From positions 1 to 26,207 of the IMG/VR virus record IMGVR_UViG_3300042934_000338: 26,207 bases of DNA, one strand, 5' to 3'. The number at the start of each line of letters is the position of its first letter. Position 1 is the first letter of the stretch. Under the pieces are notes generated by a model. That model ran no database searches. It was not told the DNA's origin and saw only the letters and a program-made list of their open reading frames with translations. This stretch comes from a virus. Taxonomy: Duplodnaviria > Caudoviricetes. Below, piece after piece: positions 1-9,044 of the stretch. The position numbers and the translations under genes were made by a program.

Positions 1-5
1 TGCAT

Positions 6-220
6 TGTCGTTCAAAGTCTAAAGTACTACTGTCTTACTGTCTTATATATTTTTTTATAAATTAGTAAGTAAATATAATAAATATATAATATATATAGGG
101 TTTTTATAAAAAGTACGACAGATATTTGTAAGACTTTTGAGGTTAGGGCTTGATAGGCAAAGGATTTAAGAGTTTAGGCTTGTCGGATAAGTTTGTGAGA
201 GTCTTAGAAAAAATGAGACA
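6..220. other. Probable phage replication origin: short iterons around an AT-rich core
   Basis: TGTCTTA at 31-37 and 39-45; variants at 6-12, 16-22, 181-187 and 200-206; inverted variants at 114-120, 129-135 and 214-220; nearly pure A/T at 46-112. Lies where a replication module would end. Confidence 0.5.
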
Positions 221-235
221 AAAGGAGATTTTAAC

Positions 236-682
236 ATGCAAAATGAGGTTGATTATAAAAAGATAGAATATTCTTTATTTAATTATAGAGAGATACCTTT
301 ATATATAAAATATTTAGAAATTGAGATAGAGCGCATTGAAAATAATTGTGAAGGGTTCAAAGGTCAAAGTGATAATCAGATCAAGCCCAGCACTCCCACG
401 AATGAATTTAACAGTAGTGTAGAGAATGAGCTAATTAACAAAGAGCGTGAAATAGAAAGGATTAGAAATAAGATCAAAGAGTACGAGCTTAATAAGAAAA
501 CTATTGAAGTTGCATTAGAAAGCTTAAATGATTATGATCTAAAATTAATTACAGATAGATATTTCAATAAAGTGCCAGCGTCAAGAATGGCTATCAAATA
601 TAATTACACAAGAGACTGGATTTATAAACTATGTAAAGAGATCATTACTAGTAAGCTCTCTAAATATTTGATAGGTATTTGA
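236..682 (+). CDS. RinA/ArpU-family late transcriptional activator
   Basis: 148 aa, AAGGAG RBS, coiled coil then sigma-region-4-like HTH (IEVALESLNDYDLKLITDRYF...MAIKYNYTRDWIYKL); directly upstream of terS. Confidence 0.85.
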   Translation: MQNEVDYKKIEYSLFNYREIPLYIKYLEIEIERIENNCEGFKGQSDNQIKPSTPTNEFNSSVENELINKEREIERIRNKIKEYELNKKTIEVALESLNDYDLKLITDRYFNKVPASRMAIKYNYTRDWIYKLCKEIITSKLSKYLIGI

Positions 683-741
683 ATTGTAGACTTGTTAAAT
701 ACCTTTTAAATTTTATTATAATTTATGATTATATTATCAAC

Positions 742-775
742 GAGTGTCCAACAAAGGATGCTCTTATTTTTATTT
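742..775 (+). terminator. Terminator-like hairpin in the late leader
   Basis: GAGTGTCC-aacaaa-GGATGCTC followed by TTATTTTTATTT. Confidence 0.55.
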
Positions 776-789
776 AGGAGGTGTGCGTT

Positions 790-1470
790 GTGACTGATAA
801 GCAAAAAGCGTTTGTAAATGAATATCTTATTGATCTTAACGGCACCAGAGCTTACAAGGCGATTTATAAGACTGTAAAGAGTGACGATGTGGCAGCAAAG
901 GCCGCTAGTCGGTTGTTGAAAAATGTAGAGATTGAAGCCTATAAAAATAAAAGAATGAAAGATCGAGAAAAACGTACTGAAATCACTCAAGATATGGTTT
1001 TACAGAGGTGGTGGGACATTGCTAACGCTGACCCAAACGAGATTATTCATGTACGTAGAGTCTGCTGTAGACATTGTTTTGGTATAGATCATCATTACCA
1101 ATGGGTGGATGAAGAAGAATATCAAAAAGCTGTAGATAGAGCGGTTCATGAAGCTGAATATGAAAGTAAAGACTCAGTGTTACCATCTGACGATGGAGGG
1201 TATGGGTTTGATAGATTATTAAGACCCCACCCTAAATGTCCTTATTGTCGAGGTGAAGGTCACGCCGAAACCCATGTGGAGGATACGAGGTTTCTTAGCT
1301 CTAAAGCAAAACTTCTATATGCTGGAGTCAAGCAAACAAACACGGGATTTGAAGTTAAGTTTAGAAATCAAGACGGAGCTCTTGAGAATGTGGCCCGTCA
1401 TTTAGGGATGTTTAATGATAAGCTAGAAATCAAAGGAGATTTAGGAGTTAAGATTGTAGATGACATATAA
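790..1470 (+). CDS. terS: Terminase small subunit with Cys-rich insertion
   Basis: N-terminus TDKQKAFVNEYLIDLNGTRAY...ASRLLKN and C-terminus ALENVARHLGMF are typical of TerS. GTG at 790 fits RBS AGGAGGTG (776-783) better than 781. Confidence 0.93.
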   Translation: MTDKQKAFVNEYLIDLNGTRAYKAIYKTVKSDDVAAKAASRLLKNVEIEAYKNKRMKDREKRTEITQDMVLQRWWDIANADPNEIIHVRRVCCRHCFGIDHHYQWVDEEEYQKAVDRAVHEAEYESKDSVLPSDDGGYGFDRLLRPHPKCPYCRGEGHAETHVEDTRFLSSKAKLLYAGVKQTNTGFEVKFRNQDGALENVARHLGMFNDKLEIKGDLGVKIVDDI

Positions 1471-1530
1471 CAACTACCACAGATAACTTAACATTATCCT
1501 TGGTAGTCAATAACATAGAATTAAGCTTTG

Positions 1531-1560
1531 TGGCACTCTTAGGAGTGTCATTTTGATTTT
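1531..1560 (+). terminator. Intrinsic terminator-like hairpin between terS and terL
   Basis: TGGCACTC-ttag-GAGTGTCA then TTTTGATTTT. Confidence 0.6.
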
Positions 1561-1601
1561 AAGTATTAAAAGCACATAAATACTAAACAAAAGGTGGTCG
1601 A

Positions 1602-2870
1602 ATGGATGTTAAATTATCAGACGTAATTGCTCCCAGTTTTTACGATTTACACAAGGATGTTAAGCAAGATAAATATACTCACTATTGGTTAGATGGTGGT
1701 CGTGGCTCTACTAAATCCTCATTTGCTGGGGCAGAAATAATATTAGGTATGATGCGTAATCCTGGGACTAATGCGGTAGCGATACGTAAAGTAGGTAAGT
1801 TCCTCAAAGAAAGCGTTTATGAGCAATTATTGTGGTGCATTGATAAATTAGGTGTCACCGCTTATTGGGATGCTAAGTTAAGTCCTCTTGAAATAACTTA
1901 CATACCTACAGGCCAAAAGATACTATTCCGTGGAGCTGATAAACCTAAGAAGATTAAATCTACAAAGGTGCGCCATGGTTACATTAGGTATATTTGGTTT
2001 GAAGAGGTTGACGAGTTTAATGGTGAAGAAGAGCTTCGAGTAATTAATCAGTCGCTTATGCGTGGTGGAAGTAAGTTTGATGTGTTCTATTCTTACAATC
2101 CACCTAAGACAGTAAGTGCGTGGGTTAACAACGTAAAGTTAAATACCAGAGGCGACACAGTATATCATCATAGTGATTATTTGAGCGTACCGGCTGAATG
2201 GTTAGGCGAACAGTTCTTCATAGAAGCTGAGGAACTTAAAGCAAAAAATGAAGCTTTATATAACCATGAGTACCTTGGTGAAGTTACTGGAACTGGTGGG
2301 GAAGTATTTACTAATGTTGTTGTAAGACCTATCAGTGATGATGAAGTTAAAAGCTTCAGCAATCTTAAAAGGGGTATCGACTGGGGTTATGCTGCTGACC
2401 CGTTCTCATATGGTGTTATGCACTATGATAAAACACGTAAGAGGTTATACATCTTCTATGAGATTTATCAAGTTAGGTTATCAAATAGCAAAGCCAGCGA
2501 ATTAATCAAGGTCGAAAATAAACTCAATCAAATTATTACCGCTGACTCAGCAGAACCTAAGAGTATAGCAGATCTTAATGAAAGAGGTCATAGGATTAGG
2601 GGTGCTAAGAAAGGCCCCGATAGTATAGATCACGGAATGAAGTTCCTCAGTGAAGAGATAGAAGAGATCATAATTGATAAGTATAGATGTCCTAATACGG
2701 CTAGAGAGTTTACTCAGTATGAATTAGAAAAAGACAACAACGGTAACTTTAAGGCTGGTTATCCAGATAAAGACAATCACACCATAGACATGGTTAGATA
2801 TGCCCTAGAGGATGATATGAAAGCTAACAGGAAAGTTAAAGTTAAAAGTAAGGCTAATATAGGATTATAG
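1602..2870 (+). CDS. terL: Terminase large subunit, PBSX/SPP1 family
   Basis: Walker A GGRGSTKS, Walker B YIWFEE, coupling motif SYNPP, nuclease motifs GIDWG, ADSAEP and DNHTIDMVRYA. Confidence 0.97.
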   Translation: MDVKLSDVIAPSFYDLHKDVKQDKYTHYWLDGGRGSTKSSFAGAEIILGMMRNPGTNAVAIRKVGKFLKESVYEQLLWCIDKLGVTAYWDAKLSPLEITYIPTGQKILFRGADKPKKIKSTKVRHGYIRYIWFEEVDEFNGEEELRVINQSLMRGGSKFDVFYSYNPPKTVSAWVNNVKLNTRGDTVYHHSDYLSVPAEWLGEQFFIEAEELKAKNEALYNHEYLGEVTGTGGEVFTNVVVRPISDDEVKSFSNLKRGIDWGYAADPFSYGVMHYDKTRKRLYIFYEIYQVRLSNSKASELIKVENKLNQIITADSAEPKSIADLNERGHRIRGAKKGPDSIDHGMKFLSEEIEEIIIDKYRCPNTAREFTQYELEKDNNGNFKAGYPDKDNHTIDMVRYALEDDMKANRKVKVKSKANIGL

Positions 2871-2879
2871 GAGGGCGAC

Positions 2880-4277
2880 ATGGGTTTAATTAGAGATTCA
2901 GATTTAATTATAAATGGGGAGATACCAGTAGCACTTATAAGAAGTTGTATCAAAGAGCATCAAGAGAGTTTGAAACGGTTAGATATGCTCAGCAATTACT
3001 ATTATGGGGAACATGCCATTAAGAATAGAGTACTGCAAAATACATCGTTACCTAACAATAAATTAGTCTGTAACCATGCCGAGTATATAACGGATATGGC
3101 GACAGGCTATTTTTTAGGTAATCCGGTGATTTACAAGCTTGACAACGACAAAGAAAAGGATGGACTCAAAGTATTAACCGATAACTTCAAGGACATCGAT
3201 GCACCGAGCCATGACACTGAGCTTGCTCGCGATCTGTCAGTATACGGTTTAGCTAATGAGCTTGCGTTTGCATCTGACGACGATTCACCTATTGTAGATT
3301 TAGCCAATATAAGTCCTAGATGCTCATTTGTTGTATGTGACGATACCGTAAAACATCGCCCGTTATTTGGAGTACATTATTATCCTAAGATGGATACTGA
3401 CGGTAAGATAACCCATTACACAGTTAATGTATATACGTCAGATAAGGAAATGCAGTACAAAGCTGAAGAGTTACTAATGTCAGATTACACATTGATGGAA
3501 GAGACTGATCATTATTTTGATATGGTACCGCTCATTGAATACAAGAATAAGCGCTCTATGCAAGGCGATTTCGAACAGGTGATTAGCTTGATTGATGCCT
3601 ATAACCTTTTACAAAGCGATAGAGTCAACGATAAAGAGCAGCTTGTGGATGCCTTGCTTGTGATAACAGGTGCCAGCTTGGGGGACGATGAAGCAGAAGT
3701 TACCAAAACAGCTAAAAAAATAAAAGAGTTAAAATTACTTGAGTTACAAGAGGGTTCTGATGCTAAGTGGCTAATAAAAAATCTTAATGAAACCGAGGTC
3801 GAAATCCTAAAAAAATCTCTTAAGGATGATATTCATGAGTTTTCAAAAGTGCCCTGCCTTACGGATGATAATTTTGGTTCTCAAGTTGCTGGGGTAGCTC
3901 TGGCTTATAAGTTATTAGCTTTTGAAATGCTCACTAAGCAGAAAGAGAGCTGGTTCAGAAAAGGTATTAAGCAACGTCTTAAGCTAATGGCTAATTTCTA
4001 CAGCAAGAAAGCTATACAAATAGACCCAGCTTCGATTGACATCGAAATGAAACGTAGCTTGCCGGTTAATAGGGCCGAATTAGTTAATATGGTTGTTGCT
4101 CTCGATGGTGTTGTGACAGACGAAACTAGATTAGGTCTTTTAGACTTTATCGATGATCCGGCAGGAGAGCTTAAGAAGCTGAAAGTTGAATTACAAGAGA
4201 AGATTAAATTAAAGCAGCAGGAGTTCGGTTCGTACCTGTTCAAGCAAGGCGGTGGTGTAGGTGAAGAAACGGACTAA
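2880..4277 (+). CDS. Portal protein, SPP1 gp6-like
   Basis: 465 aa after terL; YYYGEHAI, NNKLVCNHAEYITD..GYFLGNP, VPLIEYKN, GDFEQVISLIDAYN, SQVAGVALAYKL. Confidence 0.95.
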   Translation: MGLIRDSDLIINGEIPVALIRSCIKEHQESLKRLDMLSNYYYGEHAIKNRVLQNTSLPNNKLVCNHAEYITDMATGYFLGNPVIYKLDNDKEKDGLKVLTDNFKDIDAPSHDTELARDLSVYGLANELAFASDDDSPIVDLANISPRCSFVVCDDTVKHRPLFGVHYYPKMDTDGKITHYTVNVYTSDKEMQYKAEELLMSDYTLMEETDHYFDMVPLIEYKNKRSMQGDFEQVISLIDAYNLLQSDRVNDKEQLVDALLVITGASLGDDEAEVTKTAKKIKELKLLELQEGSDAKWLIKNLNETEVEILKKSLKDDIHEFSKVPCLTDDNFGSQVAGVALAYKLLAFEMLTKQKESWFRKGIKQRLKLMANFYSKKAIQIDPASIDIEMKRSLPVNRAELVNMVVALDGVVTDETRLGLLDFIDDPAGELKKLKVELQEKIKLKQQEFGSYLFKQGGGVGEETD

Positions 4278-5304
4278 TCAGTACTGGATTGACAGAAGTA
4301 ATCAAGTATTATCTGAAGCACACAGGAATAGCGACCAATATATTACCAATATCAATGAGGCTTACGATAAGGCCCTTCAAGATGTACAAAAAGATATTGA
4401 TAAAATATTTCAAATTTACGGCAACAATCACAATCTGACATCTATAGAAGCTAAGAAAATTTTAAACTCTAAGATAAGCGCAAAAGAGATTGAAAACCTC
4501 AGAAAAGAGATATCTCAGATAAGCAATGTTGAGCTCAAAAAGCATTTGTTGGCCCAATTAAATTCTGCTGCATACAAAGCTAGAATTACACGATTAGAAG
4601 CTTTAAAGCAATCTATATCAACACATTATGGAGTGCTTGCGGATAAGGAAATGCAGCTAAGCAAGCGTTCTTATCTCAATACTATCAATGATAGTTATTA
4701 TAAGCATACTTTTAACCTGCAAAAAGGCATAGACTTAGGTTTTAATGTATCTCAACTTCCTACAAGAACGATAGAGTTAATACTCAATCAACCGTTCTTA
4801 GGTTCTAACTATTCTGAAAGAATTTGGAAGAACACGGATACGCTCGCTAAAGAGCTTACAAAGACTATTACAAGTGGGATGATCAGTGGTAAGAGTATTC
4901 AGAAGATGGTTAAGGAGTTAGAGGAATTAACGGAGTATGGCAAGTATGCGGCTGAACGGCTCATAAGAACTGAAACAACTTACTTTGCTAATCAAGCGAG
5001 TATGCAAAGCTATAAGGAATGTGATGTTGAAAAGTATATCTTTGTAGCTACATTGGATTTAAGGACTTCTAAGGTTTGTCAGCAACATGACAGAAAAGTA
5101 TATCTAGTCAGTAAAGGAGCGCCGGGTAAAAACCTACCTCCATTACACCCATTCTGCAGATCAACTACACGCGCTTATCTAGGTGAGAAATACTTGAGGA
5201 ATATCAAACGTAGGGCTAGGAATCCAGAGACAGGAAAGACGTATTTAGTAGGGAATATTAATTACAAAGAATGGTACGAAACTTATGTTAAGGAGGTTAG
5301 TTAA
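4261..5304 (+). CDS. Minor capsid / head morphogenesis protein, SPP1 gp7 (Mu F-like)
   Basis: YSERIW, AERLIRTET, ATLDLRTSKVC and PPLHPFCRST motifs. Confidence 0.95.
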   Translation: MKKRTNQYWIDRSNQVLSEAHRNSDQYITNINEAYDKALQDVQKDIDKIFQIYGNNHNLTSIEAKKILNSKISAKEIENLRKEISQISNVELKKHLLAQLNSAAYKARITRLEALKQSISTHYGVLADKEMQLSKRSYLNTINDSYYKHTFNLQKGIDLGFNVSQLPTRTIELILNQPFLGSNYSERIWKNTDTLAKELTKTITSGMISGKSIQKMVKELEELTEYGKYAAERLIRTETTYFANQASMQSYKECDVEKYIFVATLDLRTSKVCQQHDRKVYLVSKGAPGKNLPPLHPFCRSTTRAYLGEKYLRNIKRRARNPETGKTYLVGNINYKEWYETYVKEVS

Positions 5305-5306
5305 AT

Positions 5307-5528
5307 ATGGCAGATATAAAAATAACGGTTGATACAACAGAATTGAATGAAGCGTTAGAAAAAGCAAAAGAACTTAACGCTGAAATGGAAAGGTTCATTG
5401 ATTTGCAAAAGCGAGCTGAGTTAAATTTCCAAATTGGTTTTAATCCTAACGAGGTTACGGTTGGTGAATTCAATTGTTCAAGGCTTGTGGGTAATATTAT
5501 GGGTAATGTATTTGACGTTGATGTGTAA
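5307..5528 (+). CDS. Hypothetical phage protein, 73 aa
   Basis: AAGGAGGT RBS upstream; short coiled coil; tightly packed after gp7. Confidence 0.7.
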   Translation: MADIKITVDTTELNEALEKAKELNAEMERFIDLQKRAELNFQIGFNPNEVTVGEFNCSRLVGNIMGNVFDVDV

Positions 5529-5674
5529 AAAGCACTAACAAATTTATAAGCGAAAGAAGTCCTTTGGAGAGTGGGGACGGAGTAGCTTGCTGTTAGTGCT
5601 TTTTTAATGCCCTGAGTAAGGCTTAAAACTGCTTAAATTAAAACATGTGAACGTGTGGGGCATTGAACTACGCG
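5527..5674 (+). ncRNA. Putative structured cis-regulatory RNA upstream of the scaffold gene
   Basis: 14-bp perfect outer stem (5527-5540/5591-5604) enclosing inner stems and a GAA/AGTA internal loop, followed by two predicted H-type pseudoknots before the RBS. Confidence 0.5.
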
Positions 5675-5693
5675 GGCGAAAAGGAGCGATATT

Positions 5694-6290
5694 ATGAAAT
5701 TAGTAAATAGATTACCGATTAACTTACAATTCTTTGCTGAACCAGACCCAACACCGGGGCCAGTAGAATCGGGTGGAGGAACAGAACCGGCAGCTGGAGA
5801 GCAAAAGACATTTGATGACTTACTCAAAGACAAGACTTATCAATCTGAATTTGACAAGAAGGTAGCAAAGGCACTTGAAACAGCTAAAACTAAATGGGAT
5901 GCTGACTCACAACAAAAAATATTAGATGCTAAAACAGAAGCTGAGAAGCTTGCTAAGATGAATATTGATCAAAAAGCCCAGTATGAGAAAGAAAAGCAAG
6001 AAGCTGACTTTAACAAGAGGCTTGCTGATTTGACAGCTAGAGAGCTTAAGGCCACAGCCAAAGAAACACTTGCTGAAAAGGGACTACCTTTGGACTTGGC
6101 AGAAGTGCTCAATTACACGGATGCTGACGCTTGCAGTAAGAGTATTGAAGCGGTACAAAAGGCGTTTCAATCAGCAGTAGAAAAAGCAGTAAATGAAAAA
6201 TTAAGAGGTGACGGCCCTCCTAAAGGTGGAGCTGGCGGCGGTGGAGCTGCTACAACACTAGCAGGAGCACTGTCAGAATACTATAAATAA
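5694..6290 (+). CDS. Capsid scaffolding protein, DUF4355-like
   Basis: N-terminal LPINLQFFAE (Prp-type processing motif), long coiled coil, AKETLAEKGLP, VEKAVNEKLRG; directly before the major capsid gene. Confidence 0.92.
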   Translation: MKLVNRLPINLQFFAEPDPTPGPVESGGGTEPAAGEQKTFDDLLKDKTYQSEFDKKVAKALETAKTKWDADSQQKILDAKTEAEKLAKMNIDQKAQYEKEKQEADFNKRLADLTARELKATAKETLAEKGLPLDLAEVLNYTDADACSKSIEAVQKAFQSAVEKAVNEKLRGDGPPKGGAGGGGAATTLAGALSEYYK

Positions 6291-6310
6291 AAATTGAGAG
6301 GATGATATAA

Positions 6311-7285
6311 ATGGCTATTACATTAGCACAAGCAAAAGTAGGTATGGCAAACAAAATAGATCAAATGGTAATCGATGAGTTCCGCAGAGGTTCGCTTTTA
6401 ATGGATAAGATTATCTTTGATGATACCGTTTCACCAGGAACAGGCGGTTCAACTTTAGTTTATGGATACACACAATTAAAAACACCAGGAACAGCAGCAT
6501 TTAGGGACATCAACACAGAATACACACCACAGGTAGCTGACAGACAGACTAAATCGGTTGAACTTAAGATATTCGGTGGTACATTCGATATCGACCGTGT
6601 AATCGCAGATACTTCAGGAGCAGTTAATGAGGTTGATTTCCAACTTAAAGAAAAAGTTAAGGCTACTATCAACCTTTTCCATAACTCAGTTATCAATGGC
6701 GATAAAGCGGTTACGGGGTTTGATGGATTAGACAAAATGCTTGTAGGAACCTCTACGGAACTCAATACTGGCGCGGTGATTGACCTTTCGTCTGGCACAG
6801 CTTTAGATACTAACTACAAGCTTTTACTTGATGCATTGGACGAGTTCCTTGCTGAGATGGACGGCAAACCCGACATGTTGATGGGCAATACAAAGTTAAT
6901 TACTCGTATCAAACAAGCAGCTAGACGCGCAGGGTATTTAGATAAGACTTTAAATGCTTTCGGTGTACCCGTAGAGACTTATAACGGTATTCCATTACAA
7001 GACTTACAATACTATTACAATGGTTCTGCTACAGTGCCAACGGTGCCTATTGTAACTAGAACTATCGGAACGTCTACAACAGGTTTAACAGACCTTTACG
7101 CTGCAAGATTTGCGTTGGATGGGTTACACGCCGCTTCTCCATTGGGCGCGAAAGTCATTAAAACATGGTTGCCAGATTTTAAAACTGCCGGGGCCGTGAA
7201 ACAAGGTGAAGTTGAAATGGTAGCGGCTACAGTTCTTAAAAAATCTCGTGCAGCTGGTGTTCTTAGAAACATCAAAGTGCAATAA
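6311..7285 (+). CDS. Major capsid protein
   Basis: 324 aa; MAITLAQAK, LKIFGGTFDIDRVI, INGD...FDGLDK, YNGIPL, AAGVLRNIKV; position after scaffold. Confidence 0.93.
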   Translation: MAITLAQAKVGMANKIDQMVIDEFRRGSLLMDKIIFDDTVSPGTGGSTLVYGYTQLKTPGTAAFRDINTEYTPQVADRQTKSVELKIFGGTFDIDRVIADTSGAVNEVDFQLKEKVKATINLFHNSVINGDKAVTGFDGLDKMLVGTSTELNTGAVIDLSSGTALDTNYKLLLDALDEFLAEMDGKPDMLMGNTKLITRIKQAARRAGYLDKTLNAFGVPVETYNGIPLQDLQYYYNGSATVPTVPIVTRTIGTSTTGLTDLYAARFALDGLHAASPLGAKVIKTWLPDFKTAGAVKQGEVEMVAATVLKKSRAAGVLRNIKVQ

Positions 7286-7297
7286 GGAGTGAATGGA

Positions 7298-7591
7298 ATG
7301 TATGAAATTACGTTTATAGATAATAAAAAGTATACCGGTGAATATGGGCCGGTTATTTTCGTAGAAGGAAAAGCAACAACAGATAAAGAATGGGTAGCTG
7401 CTTGGTTTGAGGGCCGAAAATTTAAGGTAACTGCAAAAGAGATTGAAGTTGAAACGGTAGAATCAGAAAACTCAGCTTTTGAAGAAATGGAAGTAGATCA
7501 GCTTAAGACTCTATGCACTGAAAAAGGCATAGAGTTTAATGCTAGAGCAAGAAAAGAAACTTTAATCAAACTATTGGAGGGTGCTGAGTAA
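7298..7591 (+). CDS. Small head-module protein with C-terminal HeH/Rho-N-like helical domain
   Basis: FEEMEVDQLKTLCTEKGIEFNARARKETLIKLL; ATG at 7298 fits TAAGGAG RBS. Confidence 0.75.
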   Translation: MYEITFIDNKKYTGEYGPVIFVEGKATTDKEWVAAWFEGRKFKVTAKEIEVETVESENSAFEEMEVDQLKTLCTEKGIEFNARARKETLIKLLEGAE

Positions 7592-7607
7592 GCACTCTTT
7601 TTCTTTT
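7577..7607 (+). terminator. Intrinsic terminator after the capsid genes
   Basis: GAGGGTGCT-gagta-AGCACTCTT then TTTCTTTT. Confidence 0.65.
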
Positions 7608-7622
7608 GAAGGGAGGCTTATT

Positions 7623-7949
7623 GTGGCAGTTAGTATAACTCAAATATCAAAATTAAAGACAAGACTACCAGAAATAGTTAACAATTATCAAGATAAATTA
7701 TTGACTCAAATTTTGGAAGATGCTGAAGCAGAAATATTAGATCATACAAATAGGACGGTTTTATTACCTAAGATGGAGCCGTTACAAAGAGAGCTTGCTA
7801 TAATCTATTATAATCGTATAGGCAGTGAGGGGGTAACCTCACAAAGTCAAGGTGGAGTATCGGTATCATACAGTACAGATATCCCAGAAGATATCAGAAA
7901 GCGAATTCAACAGTATGTGAGATTGAAGGTGAGTAATTATGAGACTTAG
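7623..7949 (+). CDS. Head-tail connector (adaptor), SPP1 gp15-like
   Basis: ELAIIYYNRIGSEGVTSQSQGGVSVSY; GTG at 7623 after GGGAGG. Confidence 0.9.
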   Translation: MAVSITQISKLKTRLPEIVNNYQDKLLTQILEDAEAEILDHTNRTVLLPKMEPLQRELAIIYYNRIGSEGVTSQSQGGVSVSYSTDIPEDIRKRIQQYVRLKVSNYET

Positions 7950-8244
7950 AAATTTAAAACCTCACAAGCTTAAAAAAGCGGTATACGAGAAAGACGATGA
8001 GCTCAATGATATCTTTGTAGGGTATGAAGAAATAGGGACGATACAGGCTAACATACAGCCAGCAGGAGGACAAACAAAAATACAACAGTATGGTACTGAG
8101 ATCCACAAATACCATACTGTTTTTTGCTATGCTAACATTTTGGTGGTTGGAGGATTATTCATTGAGTACGAAGGATTGCATCATGAGATACAACCTATTC
8201 AGAAGTGGCAGCATTGGACATTTGACATTAAGGCGGTGAAATGA
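7939..8244 (+). CDS. Head closure (stopper) protein, SPP1 gp16-like
   Basis: 101 aa, IQANIQPAGG...QQYG; position between adaptor and gp10-like gene. Confidence 0.75.
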   Translation: MRLRNLKPHKLKKAVYEKDDELNDIFVGYEEIGTIQANIQPAGGQTKIQQYGTEIHKYHTVFCYANILVVGGLFIEYEGLHHEIQPIQKWQHWTFDIKAVK

Positions 8245-8678
8245 TGGCTACTATTATAGGCTTAGATAGCCTTATGAGGAAATTAAACGCTCTTGGTGGA
8301 AACTCAACACAAGCATTAACTAAAGGAATGTATAAGAGTACAGCTTTAGTAGAAGGTGATGCTAAAGACCTATGTGCTGTTGACAAGGGTCAAACTAGAA
8401 ACTCCATACACAGCGAAGTTAAAGTAACATTTAACGAAGTTAAAGGGTCAACGGGTACGAATGTTGAACAAGCTCCTTACCTTGAATTTGGAACAGGTCA
8501 AAGAGGTGCAGAATCACCATCACCACCTAAATATGATGGACAGTTAGGATATAGAGAGGATTGGGCCGGAATGCCGGCACAGCCTTTTTTATACCCTGCT
8601 ATACAGCAAAATATTGACAATATTAAAGAAATCATGGCAGATGAATTGAAAAAAGAAATAAGAAGGCTAGGTGGTTAA
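8241..8678 (+). CDS. HK97 gp10-family neck/tail component
   Basis: GLDSLMRKL, AVDKGQTRNSI, APYLEFGTG, GMPAQPFLYPA. Confidence 0.93.
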   Translation: MMATIIGLDSLMRKLNALGGNSTQALTKGMYKSTALVEGDAKDLCAVDKGQTRNSIHSEVKVTFNEVKGSTGTNVEQAPYLEFGTGQRGAESPSPPKYDGQLGYREDWAGMPAQPFLYPAIQQNIDNIKEIMADELKKEIRRLGG

Positions 8679-9029
8679 ATGTATAATGCAAAAAGCCAAG
8701 TAGCTAATAAATTAGCAGAAATCCAAAATGTTAATGTGGCAGCATCTTACAAGAAGGGCATGGAGTCGATACCGTGTATAATCTATAGAGAAGCTGGTAA
8801 TACGCAAATTTACCCCGGCAACGAAAGACTTATAAAAGTTGTTTATGTTGTAGATATTTACCATACCGTTTCTACAAGTTCACTTACTGACTCAGTTAAT
8901 GGAAAAATGAGTGAGTTAGGGTTCGCTAGGGACTTTTGTAATGATTTAGACGACCCTGCAGGATATAGACACAAAACAATGAGATTTAAAGGCGTTATAG
9001 ATACCAAAACGGAATTAGTATACCAATAG
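8679..9029 (+). CDS. Tail terminator protein, SPP1 gp17-like
   Basis: PCIIYRE, YVVDIY, MSELGFAR, HKTMRF; directly before the major tail gene. Confidence 0.8.
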   Translation: MYNAKSQVANKLAEIQNVNVAASYKKGMESIPCIIYREAGNTQIYPGNERLIKVVYVVDIYHTVSTSSLTDSVNGKMSELGFARDFCNDLDDPAGYRHKTMRFKGVIDTKTELVYQ

Positions 9030-9044
9030 AGAGGATGATTATAG

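Noticed and set aside
692-709. Second Rex-like site TTGTTAA-atac-CTTTTAA near the late promoter
   Set aside because: The right half-site has four mismatches, in AT-rich DNA.
5548-5590. Hammerhead ribozyme or T-box reading of the structured leader
   Set aside because: No CUGAnGA core or UGGnACC T-box, and the loop-E strands are in the opposite order to T-box stem I.
7283-7297. Capsid gene and next ORF are in frame across a single TAA (possible read-through fusion)
   Set aside because: One-in-three coincidence; TAAGGAG is simply the next RBS, and UAA is the least leaky stop.
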